A DNA stretch of 64,000 nucleotides from the NCBI GenBank assembly GCA_043821645.1, contig JBDRCO010000087.1, positions 128,001 to 192,000 of the forward strand, read 5' to 3'. The notes beneath the pieces are model-generated. The model saw only the letters and a program-made list of their open reading frames with translations, was not told where the DNA came from and made no database searches. Source of the stretch: Pseudomonadota bacterium (lineage in GTDB: Bacteria > Myxococcota > JACRCW01 > JAFGSX01). Of the stretch, positions 48,771 through 56,840 are shown in pieces. Numbering within the stretch: the first letter of the stretch is position 1; the number at the start of each line of letters is the position of its first letter. Both the position numbers and the translations under genes were made by a program.

Positions 48771-49751
48771 TCAGTACTTCACCAGAGCTGCACTCCAGGC
48801 CATGCCCGCGCCGATGGCGAGCATGAGGAGCAGATCGCCGCGCTGGATGCGGCCATCGCGCACCGCCAGGTCCAGGCTGGTGGGCACCGAGGCCGCGCTG
48901 GTGTTGCCAGTCCATTCGATGGTGAGGATGAAGCGGTCGAGGGGCAGGCGCATGCGTGCGGGCAGGGCGTCCAGGATGCGCTGGTTGGCCTGGTGGGCCA
49001 CCACCCAGCGCACGTCGTCGATGGTGACGCCGCTTTGCGCGAGCAACTCCTCGGTGATCTCGCACAGGGCGCGCACCGCGAACTTGAACACCTCGCGACC
49101 CTGCATGTGGACCGTGAAGTCCTCGACACTGCCACCGCGCTTGGCCGGGTGTGCACTGCCTCCGCCCGGGACGTGAATCCACTCCCAGTGCCTGCCGTCC
49201 GTGTGTGTGGTCACGCCGAGCAATTGCGAGCCGCTGCCGTCGTCGGGCCCCACCACCATGGCGCCGGCCGCGTCGCCGAACAGTACGCAGGTGTTGCGGT
49301 CGTGCTCGTTGACGATGCGGGTCATGCTCTCGGCGCCAACGATCAGGGCGTGTTTCACCCGACCGCTGTGCATGAACTGCGACACCACGTCGAGGGCCAC
49401 CATCGATCCCGCGCAGGCCGCCGACAGGTCAAAGGCAAAGGCCCGGTGTGCTCCCAGCTTTTCCTGCACGCGCACGGCGCAGGACGGGACGAACATATCG
49501 GGCGTGACGGTGGCGATCACGATCAGGTCCAGGTCCTGGGCTGTCAGGCCAGCGGCCTCAAGGGCCTTCTGAGCAGCGGCAACGGCCATGTCGCTGGTGC
49601 CCAGCTTGTCGTCGAGCACGCGGCGTTCACGGATCCCGGTCCGCTCCACGATCCAGGCGTCGTTGGTGTCCACGCGCTGTTCGAGCTCCGCGTTGGTCAA
49701 CCGCCGCTCGGGAAAAAAGGACCCGGTACCGAGGATGCGCAAGGAGGTCAT
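48771..49751 (-). CDS. fabH: Beta-ketoacyl-ACP synthase III
   Basis: WIVERTGIRERR; catalytic triad AACAG, HQAN, GNTSAAS; MQGREVFKFAV. Confidence 0.95.
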   Translation of the reverse strand: MTSLRILGTGSFFPERRLTNAELEQRVDTNDAWIVERTGIRERRVLDDKLGTSDMAVAAAQKALEAAGLTAQDLDLIVIATVTPDMFVPSCAVRVQEKLGAHRAFAFDLSAACAGSMVALDVVSQFMHSGRVKHALIVGAESMTRIVNEHDRNTCVLFGDAAGAMVVGPDDGSGSQLLGVTTHTDGRHWEWIHVPGGGSAHPAKRGGSVEDFTVHMQGREVFKFAVRALCEITEELLAQSGVTIDDVRWVVAHQANQRILDALPARMRLPLDRFILTIEWTGNTSAASVPTSLDLAVRDGRIQRGDLLLMLAIGAGMAWSAALVKY

Positions 49752-49806
49752 GGGGAGGATACCTCTGATGCTGCCACGTCGTCGTCGACGCTCGGGCAGC
49801 CGCGCT

Positions 49807-49836
49807 TTGACAAGGCGTCGTGCGCCTGGATAACGT
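49807..49836 (+). promoter_or_regulatory. Candidate sigma-70 promoter of Ser/Thr kinase gene
   Basis: TTGACA-N18-TAACGT, about 115 nt upstream of ATG 49951. Confidence 0.45.
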
Positions 49837-49950
49837 CATCTCGACGCAAAAGAAAGTGCCGTCGCCGAAAATCGCGTGCCGCGCTGCGCCATGGATGACG
49901 CTCCGCGGCGACAGAGCGTTCACAGTACAAAGGCGGAGCAGGCTGCGATC

Positions 49951-51762
49951 ATGAGCGAGAAGAAGGTCGAGGACCCCATCCTGAACAGCGTGGTGGCGGG
50001 TCGCTACGAGGTCTACGCCAAGCTGGGAGAGGGCGGCATGGGCGCTGTGTATGCCGCCCGGCAGGCCCCCCTGGGCCGCACCGTCGCCCTCAAGGTACTG
50101 CTCAAGCAGCTGTCCAAGGACCCCATCGCCATCAAGCGTTTCGAGAAAGAGGCGCTGGCCATCAGCAGACTGGCCCACCCCAACACCGTCACCATCTTCG
50201 ACTTCGGCACCACCGATCAGGGCCTGATGTACATCGCCATGGAGTTCCTCGAGGGACGCTCCCTGCGCGACGTGATTGGCAACGAGGCACCGCTGCGCCC
50301 TCGGCGGGTCGTGCGCATCCTGGCGCAGATGGTGCGAGCGCTCAGCGAGGCGCACCAGCGCGGCGTGATTCACCGCGACCTCAAGCCCGACAACATCATG
50401 CTGGTACCTACCGCCGGCGAGCCCGACTTCGTCAAGGTGCTCGACTTTGGCGTGGCCAAGCTGCGCGCGCCCGAAGGTGGCCCCGCGGTCAAGACCCTGA
50501 CCCAGGGCGACGTCATCTTCGGCACGCCGCGCTACATGAGCCCCGAGCAGGTCAACGGCATCATGGACGACCCCCGCAGCGATCTGTATGCGGTGGGTGC
50601 CATCGCCTACGAGATGCTGGCCAGCGTGCCTGTGTTCGATGGCGATTCGGCCATGACCATTCTCATCAAGCAGGTCCAGGACCCGCCGCGGCCCTTTGCT
50701 CGCCTGCCCAGACCCATCGAGGTGCCCGAGGCGCTCGAGGCGCTGGTGCTGCGCTTGCTATGCAAGGATCGCGAGCAGCGAATCCAGAGCGCGGATGCAC
50801 TGCTCGAGGCCCTCGACGAGTTACCTGTGCTCGGTGGCGGTCTGCGCCCTGCCTCCGGGCGTACCGAGACCATGGTCAAGCCCATGTTGACTCCCGACGC
50901 CACGCCGCGGGTGGGTACGGAGCTGATGGGGAGCAACTTCGCCCGCCCGCCAGCCCCCCTGCCGGGCGGTTCCGGCGCGGAGACAGCGGCGCTGAGTCCG
51001 CCCGCCACGGCACCGTCACCGGGGGCGGCCGAGCTGGCCGCAACCATCCCACCGAGCGAGGGGACAGCTCCGGTGCGCCGTTCTCCTGTCGCGCCGGCAC
51101 CAGCCACTTCTACCGACGACGACGTGGAGCTGCCGCGCCGCCGCGGGGGGCTGTGGCTCGCCCTGGCGGGTGGCTTGGTGCTGGTTGCTGCGGTGACGGT
51201 GTGGGCCCTGTCCGGTGACAAGGCGGCGCCGTTTCCGGACGACACCTCGGTGGCTGCACCTGCCCAGGCAGCCCTCGCGATCGTGGTCGAACCCGAGGGT
51301 GCCCTGATCACCGTCGACGGCGAACTTCGTGGTCAGGCTCCGCAGACCGTGCAGGTGTCCACCGGGCGCAGCCACCTGATCGAGGCCACGCTGGCGGGAT
51401 ATCTCCCTCAATCGAAGCAGGTGGCTGTCGAGCAGGCCACCCGCGTGGTCTTGAGCCTGCAAGCGGAGTCCCGTGACGTCGGGCCAGCGCCGGGCGAACG
51501 CGATGCAGGAGCCACCTCGCCCGGTGTCCGTCCCGGGACCGGAGCCAGGCCTGTCCCCGGCGCCACGAAAGGCAAACCCGATGCGGCGCAGGCGACGGCT
51601 GAACCGCAGCCCCAGGTCACCCCCGAGCCGAAGCCGGAGCCAAACCCGGAACCCAAGCCCGAACCCAAGCCCAAGCCGGAGGCCAAGCCGAAACCCAAGC
51701 CGGGGTTCGAGATCGACGACAGCGACTTCGAGAAGTTCGACGAGTTCAAACCCATCGAGTGA
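49951..51762 (+). CDS. Membrane Hanks-type Ser/Thr kinase with PEGA domain and EPKP-rich tail
   Basis: LGEGGMG, VALK, HRDLKPDN, DFG, GTPRYMSPE; single TM; PEGA; (EPKP)n tail. Confidence 0.93.
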   Translation: MSEKKVEDPILNSVVAGRYEVYAKLGEGGMGAVYAARQAPLGRTVALKVLLKQLSKDPIAIKRFEKEALAISRLAHPNTVTIFDFGTTDQGLMYIAMEFLEGRSLRDVIGNEAPLRPRRVVRILAQMVRALSEAHQRGVIHRDLKPDNIMLVPTAGEPDFVKVLDFGVAKLRAPEGGPAVKTLTQGDVIFGTPRYMSPEQVNGIMDDPRSDLYAVGAIAYEMLASVPVFDGDSAMTILIKQVQDPPRPFARLPRPIEVPEALEALVLRLLCKDREQRIQSADALLEALDELPVLGGGLRPASGRTETMVKPMLTPDATPRVGTELMGSNFARPPAPLPGGSGAETAALSPPATAPSPGAAELAATIPPSEGTAPVRRSPVAPAPATSTDDDVELPRRRGGLWLALAGGLVLVAAVTVWALSGDKAAPFPDDTSVAAPAQAALAIVVEPEGALITVDGELRGQAPQTVQVSTGRSHLIEATLAGYLPQSKQVAVEQATRVVLSLQAESRDVGPAPGERDAGATSPGVRPGTGARPVPGATKGKPDAAQATAEPQPQVTPEPKPEPNPEPKPEPKPKPEAKPKPKPGFEIDDSDFEKFDEFKPIE

Positions 51763-52763
51763 TCATGCGATCAGCACTGCATATCGGATTGACCGGGTGG
51801 ATGCTGCTATCGGTGGCGGGGTGTGGCCTTTTTGTCGATCGCCTGCCCGAGGGCGTGGTGCTCGATCGCACCGTGCAGGATCGCTTCGTGAACCTCGACG
51901 GCGTCAAGCATCACTACCGGGAGTGGCCAGGTCCGGGGCGCGATATCTTCCTGCAGCACGGCTTTGGCTCTTCGACCTACACTTGGGAGTGGCTGGCGCC
52001 GCAGCTCAACGCAGCGGGGTACCACGTCTGGGCCCTCGACCTGCGCGGCTTTGGCTGGTCCGACAAGCCCCAGGACGCCGCCTACGATCCCCGGGCCCTG
52101 CTCGCGGACATGCACCACTTTCTCGACGACAAGGGCCTGCGCGACCTCATCTTGATCGGGCATTCCCTGGGCGGTGGACTGGCCTGGATGACGGCCGTCG
52201 AGAGACCCGACCTGGTGCAGCGCCTGGTGCTCATCGACGCCGCTGGCTACACCGGCAGCGTGCCCGCGGTGATTCACCTGGCCAGCTGGCCTCTGGCCGA
52301 CCAGCAGATGGAGCTGGTGTTCGGACGCTGGGCTGTGCGCTGGGTGCTGGGCGAGGTCTACCAGCAGGACAGCTTGCTCACCGATGACCGCGTCGACGCC
52401 TACTACGATCGCCTGCGCACCCGGGGCATGCTGCACGCGCAGGCCGAGCTGTCTCGCAGCTTGCTCGACGAGACCATGCACCGGATGAGCCAGCGCATCC
52501 CCGAGGTGCAGCAGCCCACCTTGATCCTGTGGGGCGCTCACGACATCTGGCTCCCGCCTGAGCAGGGTCAGCGCTTTCATCAGGACATCGCGGGTTCGAG
52601 GCTGCAGGTGCTGGACTGCTGCGGTCACATGCCGCAGGAGGAATCGCCCGAGGAGGTGGCGCGACTGATCCTGGACTTCTTGCGCAGCACCGAGCCCGTC
52701 GAGGGACTGACGACGTCTGCCCCCGCTTCACAACCCTCAGGGGCCGAGGCCGAGCGTCCCTAG
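51759..52763 (+). CDS. Alpha/beta hydrolase lipoprotein
   Basis: Lipobox VAGC, HGFG, DLRGFGWS, GHSLGG, WGAHD, CGHMPQEE. Confidence 0.9.
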   Translation: MIMRSALHIGLTGWMLLSVAGCGLFVDRLPEGVVLDRTVQDRFVNLDGVKHHYREWPGPGRDIFLQHGFGSSTYTWEWLAPQLNAAGYHVWALDLRGFGWSDKPQDAAYDPRALLADMHHFLDDKGLRDLILIGHSLGGGLAWMTAVERPDLVQRLVLIDAAGYTGSVPAVIHLASWPLADQQMELVFGRWAVRWVLGEVYQQDSLLTDDRVDAYYDRLRTRGMLHAQAELSRSLLDETMHRMSQRIPEVQQPTLILWGAHDIWLPPEQGQRFHQDIAGSRLQVLDCCGHMPQEESPEEVARLILDFLRSTEPVEGLTTSAPASQPSGAEAERP

Positions 52764-53393
52764 CGCGTTCTTCGTGGCGGGCGCCTGGACCTCACCGCGG
52801 TCGATGAGCGCGGCCAGCCGCACCAGATCCTTCAGCTCGTCCACGTCGAACCAGGGCGGCAGCAGCACGGGGCGCATGCCATTGTCGACCAGCCTGCGCT
52901 GCGTGGCCTGCGCGGTCGTGGGCGCGCTCCAGGGCAGATCCGCCAGCAGTCCCGCAGGGCATCGCCTCAGTGCCAGCAGGTAAAACCCCCCGTCGTCACT
53001 GGGTCCAAGCACGGCGTCGTGTCCGGCGACAAACTCGGCACGGCACTGCTTGAGAAACGCGACCGGGAGTCCCGGTGTGTCTGCACCCAGGGCGATGGCG
53101 ACGTCGGCATCCTGCAGGGCCCGTCGCAACACGCGCTCGATGCGTGCGCCCAGATCGCCTTCACCCTGTTCCCACTGCAGGTTCGCCGGGACGCCGTCGA
53201 CGGGTCCGGTGCACGCGAGCACGCGGCGGACCCAGCTCAGTTGCCGCAGGGCCGCCCAGCTGTCGTCGAGAAAGGCCTGCGCCAGGGTGACCGCTGCATC
53301 GTCACCCAGTGGGGCAGCCAGGCGTGTCTTGACCTGCCCGGCAACGGGGGGCTTGGCAAACAGGCAGCAGGTGATGCGCGGGTCAGCGGCCAC
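52737..53393 (-). CDS. DUF2064 / CofC-like nucleotidyl- or glycosyltransferase-fold protein
   Basis: FAKPPVAGQVKTRL, QGEGDLGAR, GADTP, LGPSDDGGFYL, WFDVDE. Confidence 0.85.
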   Translation of the reverse strand: MAADPRITCCLFAKPPVAGQVKTRLAAPLGDDAAVTLAQAFLDDSWAALRQLSWVRRVLACTGPVDGVPANLQWEQGEGDLGARIERVLRRALQDADVAIALGADTPGLPVAFLKQCRAEFVAGHDAVLGPSDDGGFYLLALRRCPAGLLADLPWSAPTTAQATQRRLVDNGMRPVLLPPWFDVDELKDLVRLAALIDRGEVQAPATKNALGTLGLGP

Positions 53394-53474
53394 GTGCGCT
53401 CCGCGAACGCACCGGCGAAGCCCGGTGGCGCCCGTCGAGGCAGAACCGCGTCGCGGCCTCTCGCTGCGTGCCCT

Positions 53475-53711
53475 TCACAGCTTGGTATGGCTGCCATCGC
53501 AGTACGGCCTGTTCGCCGAGTGCTTGCAACCACACCACGCGATCTTTTTCGGAGCGTCGAGCTTGACCTCGACGGGGGTGAACTCGGTGCCCTTGTGCGC
53601 ACCACTGCAAAAGGGCTGGGTGGTCGAGCGGCCGCAGGCGCACCACCAGTAGGTGCCAGCTTGCATATCGAGCAGGTATGGCGACTTCTGCGGGACCCTT
53701 GGTTCGCTCAC
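53475..53711 (-). CDS. CDGSH iron-sulfur domain protein (two CDGSH motifs)
   Basis: WCACGRSTTQPFCSGAH and WCGCKHSANRPYCDGSH; GTG follows GGAGG. Confidence 0.92.
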   Translation of the reverse strand: MSEPRVPQKSPYLLDMQAGTYWWCACGRSTTQPFCSGAHKGTEFTPVEVKLDAPKKIAWCGCKHSANRPYCDGSHTKL

Positions 53712-53935
53712 TGTGACCTCCAGTCGAAGGGACCATGTCGGCACCTGGCAAGCACCGAGAACGCACTGCCAGGGAGACCCATAAATACCCGGCTTTGGGA
53801 TGGGAATAGTGCACTGAGAGTGTTTTCATTGATGAAGTGCTCAACTATCGCAACCCGGACCTTGCACATGGCAGATTGACGAACCATCGTCTAAATTTGC
53901 TGCTGCTGGGTTCCGAGACCACCCACGAGAGGCGA

Positions 53936-54364
53936 ATGACCGCGTTCCCGCTCCACTGCCATTCCCCGAGCCTAGCATTCCGTGTCGAAGCGGAAAGCCC
54001 GCGTTTTCTTGCTCTTTGTGCGCGAGGCACCAGCATGGCCCCAGCATTGCGCAGCGGTGACTGGCTGCTGGTCGACGTGCAGGCCTCGGCGCCTCGCCCT
54101 GGCGAGATCTGGTGCTGCCACATCACAGGGCGTGTGGTTGCGCATCGGATTGTGTCCGTGGAAGAACGAGATGGCCGGACCTGGATTCGCTCTTGCAGCG
54201 ACGGCGGTCGGCTGGACCCCTGGACCGACAGCACCATTGGCCGGGTCGTCCTCGGGCTTCGCGAGGGCAAGCTATTCGATATCCCACGGAGGCCCCTGCG
54301 ACGCCGCCTCGCCTGGCTGAGGCGAACCGTCGCGGGCGCGCGCAGCCTGGGACGGGTGGCCTGA
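53936..54364 (+). CDS. S24/S26 family (signal-peptidase-like) peptidase
   Basis: RGTSMAPALRSGD (catalytic Ser) and VVAHRIV (His); ATG follows GAGAGG; no TM segment. Confidence 0.78.
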   Translation: MTAFPLHCHSPSLAFRVEAESPRFLALCARGTSMAPALRSGDWLLVDVQASAPRPGEIWCCHITGRVVAHRIVSVEERDGRTWIRSCSDGGRLDPWTDSTIGRVVLGLREGKLFDIPRRPLRRRLAWLRRTVAGARSLGRVA

Positions 54365-54369
54365 CCACG

Positions 54370-54660
54370 ATGGCCAGGATCTCGCCACCTCGCCGCGCTG
54401 CCGACGTGTCGTGGCGCGAGATCGGTCAGGATGTGGTGGTCGTTCCCATCCGAACCTCGGTCGATCAACCTCTGTGCGTGCACACGCTCAACTCGGTGGG
54501 CGCGTTCATCTGGTTGCTGCTGGATGGAAACCTGACCGAGCACGAGATCGCCGCGCGCGTCGCCGAGCAGTTCGAGGTTGACGAGCAGCGGGCGTATGTC
54601 GACCTGCGGGACTATCTCGAGGAGCTGGCCGCCAGCGAGCTGCTGGAGTCGGACGGATGA
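54370..54660 (+). CDS. PqqD family / RiPP recognition element (RRE)
   Basis: WREIGQDVVVVP..TLNSVGAFIWLLLDG..EIAARVAEQFEVD..DLRDYLEEL; 96 aa. Confidence 0.9.
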   Translation: MARISPPRRAADVSWREIGQDVVVVPIRTSVDQPLCVHTLNSVGAFIWLLLDGNLTEHEIAARVAEQFEVDEQRAYVDLRDYLEELAASELLESDG

Positions 54661-55769
54661 GCAGCATGCTGCAGCAGCTTCCGGTTGAACCCACCTCGCC
54701 AGCCCCGGACGACGTCCTGGCTCGTGCGCTGCGGGGCACACGCGTCCCCTTCGCGGGGAACTTCGAGCTGACCCTGCGCTGCAACCTGAACTGTAGCCAC
54801 TGCTACCTTGGGCAGGACCGCGTCCGCGCCGAGCTTCCGACCGACGAGGTGCTGCGCATCCTCGACGAACTGGCCACGGCCGGTACCCTGGTGCTCGCGC
54901 TCACGGGGGGCGAGCCCCTGCTCAGGCCCGACTTCGAGATCATCTACCTGCACGCGCAGCGTCGGGGCTTCTTGCTCAGTGTGTTCAGCAACGGCATCGC
55001 CCTGACCCCACGACACGTCGAGATGTTCTGCGCTGCGCCACCGCGCGCCATCGAGATCTCCCTGTACGGGACCTCGGACGAGGACTATCTCCACGCCACG
55101 GGGTATCGCATCGCGTTCGGAAATCTTGACCGCACGCTGCGGTCCCTGCGCGACGCTCGGCTTCCGGTCCGACTCAAGACCATGGCCACGCGCACTCTCG
55201 GCCCACGCCTCGACGACATGCGCGCCTATGCCCGTGAGCTGGGCATCCCCCTGCAGTTCGGAACCGTCCTGTTCAGCGCGCGCGATGGCAGCCCGGGCGC
55301 TGATGGTGAGCGCCTCGACGCCGGGGCTGCGGTGGCCTTCGAGGCCCAGCCTGACGTCTTGTGTTACCTGGTCGAGCGCGATCGCGCCACCATGCCGACC
55401 CAGGACAGCCGGCGCGTCACCTGCGGAGCGGGGCGGGTCGCCTTCAGCATCGATCCCGCGGGGGTCATGCGCCGCTGCAGCGCCCTGCCCGTCAAGGCCA
55501 CCCCGGCTGCAAGTCTCAAGCACCTCAGCGTGCAGGAAGCCTGGCGAGCTCTCGGTGAGCAACTCGAGTGCGAGCTCCCGCGTGACCACCCGTGTCGAGG
55601 CTGCGTGCTGCGGCACCTCTGCAACCGATGCGAGGCCACGTTCTCGCCTTCCGTCCAGGTCGAGATGTGCGCGCATGCTCACGCGCGAGCGCGGCAGCTT
55701 GGCCACTGCGTGCCCGGAGACCCACCGCTACGCGCGTACCTGTCGCACGAGGAGTCTGCCGATGAGTGA
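54657..55769 (+). CDS. Radical SAM/SPASM-domain peptide maturase
   Basis: ELTLRCNLNCSHCY (CxxxCxxC), LTGGEPLLRPDF; SPASM CGAG..SIDPAG..C and CRGCVLRHLCNRC..C. Confidence 0.92.
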   Translation: MSSMLQQLPVEPTSPAPDDVLARALRGTRVPFAGNFELTLRCNLNCSHCYLGQDRVRAELPTDEVLRILDELATAGTLVLALTGGEPLLRPDFEIIYLHAQRRGFLLSVFSNGIALTPRHVEMFCAAPPRAIEISLYGTSDEDYLHATGYRIAFGNLDRTLRSLRDARLPVRLKTMATRTLGPRLDDMRAYARELGIPLQFGTVLFSARDGSPGADGERLDAGAAVAFEAQPDVLCYLVERDRATMPTQDSRRVTCGAGRVAFSIDPAGVMRRCSALPVKATPAASLKHLSVQEAWRALGEQLECELPRDHPCRGCVLRHLCNRCEATFSPSVQVEMCAHAHARARQLGHCVPGDPPLRAYLSHEESADE

Positions 55770-55938
55770 GAAGAAGAAGCAGCCAAAGCCGGCGCGGCGT
55801 CCATACCAGCGACCTCAGGTGCACAGGGTCCCCGTGTCGTCGGAAGAGGCCCTGCTGGCCGTGTGTCCTCTCAACGCGGGGGGCGGCACGCAGGGCTTCG
55901 AGGGCGCACCCTGTAGTGCCTGCTTCACGGCGAGCTAG
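55762..55938 (+). CDS. Putative RiPP precursor peptide (58 aa)
   Basis: MSEKKKQPKPARRPYQRPQVHRVPVSSEEALLAVCPLNAGGGTQGFEGAPCSACFTAS; GAGGAG RBS at 55749; overlaps the rSAM stop; YxxP leader motif and three Cys. Confidence 0.8.
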   Translation: MSEKKKQPKPARRPYQRPQVHRVPVSSEEALLAVCPLNAGGGTQGFEGAPCSACFTAS

Positions 55939-55946
55939 GTCGCGCG

Positions 55947-56840
55947 ATGAACAACCACGGCTTTACCTTGCGCCTGGGGCCATTGGGGCTGCACCTGCGG
56001 GGCGATCTCGACCCCGCCGAGCTGCCTCTGCCCGCTCGACCCTTTGTCGACGAGCCCCGCGAGGATGACCTGCTCGTCGAGACACAGCAGTTTCAGGATC
56101 GTGCGCGACAGTCCCCTAAGGGCTCCGATGCCCTGTCGTGGCGAGGTGAGCGTCGTGGCGATGAGCTGGCCTTCGCAGCCCACGCCTCGCCGGCCTCGCC
56201 GCCGCTGGCCTTGGCGACCCTGCGACCGGTGGGCGCGACCCTGCATCGTCGCCCCGAAGACAGCCGGCAGGTCGAGCCGGCCTGGTTCAACCCCCTGCTC
56301 CAGGTGCTGACGGCTCACGCTGCACCTCGCCGGCAGGGTCTTCTTCTTCACGCAGCCTGCGTCCAGCTGCGCGGTCGCGCCTGGCTGCTGGCAGGATCGT
56401 CGGGGTCGGGCAAGTCTACCCTGGCTTCGGCGCTGACCCGCCATGGCGGGCATATCCTCGCCGACGACCGCTCACTGGTCTTTGCGGGGCCACAGCCGGT
56501 CGCCTGCGGCACGCCCTGGGGTGGTGAGCCGGCTCTCAAGCGCGCCGGTACGATCGCGCTGGGGGGCATCCTCTTCGTGCAGCATGCGGATGAGGACGCT
56601 CTGCTCCCCCTCTCGCCAGTGGCGGCGAGCGCGCAGCTCCTGGCCGTGGTGCTCGGCCTGTTTTGGGACAGGACCCTGCTGGACCAGGCCATGGCCCTGG
56701 CGTGTGGGCTGGGTGGCGCGGGGCTGTGCTGGAGGTTCCGTGCTACAGTGTCCGGCCGTGCGCCTGAGTGCCTGCTCTCGCTGTGTGATCGCCTGGAGGA
56801 CCGACGAGTGCGCCAGGTCACGAACGAGGAGGCGGCATGA
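55947..56840 (+). CDS. HPr-kinase-related P-loop protein
   Basis: LLLHAACV, Walker A GSSGSGKST, ILADDRSLV, GTPWGGE. Confidence 0.82.
   Translation: MNNHGFTLRLGPLGLHLRGDLDPAELPLPARPFVDEPREDDLLVETQQFQDRARQSPKGSDALSWRGERRGDELAFAAHASPASPPLALATLRPVGATLHRRPEDSRQVEPAWFNPLLQVLTAHAAPRRQGLLLHAACVQLRGRAWLLAGSSGSGKSTLASALTRHGGHILADDRSLVFAGPQPVACGTPWGGEPALKRAGTIALGGILFVQHADEDALLPLSPVAASAQLLAVVLGLFWDRTLLDQAMALACGLGGAGLCWRFRATVSGRAPECLLSLCDRLEDRRVRQVTNEEAA

Noticed and set aside
54370-55769. PQQ biosynthesis (pqqD/pqqE)
   Set aside because: No pqqB or pqqC, and the peptide lacks the PqqA E-x-x-x-Y core.
55126-55938. 270-aa ORF overlapping the rSAM gene
   Set aside because: Only the last 58 codons (from ATG 55762, with RBS) look real; the rest is an alternative frame of the rSAM gene.
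53936-56840. Lasso peptide cluster (YxxP leader, RRE, HPr-like kinase)
   Set aside because: No asparagine-synthetase-like cyclase or transglutaminase-like B2 protease in the window; the core is Cys-containing and next to a SPASM rSAM.
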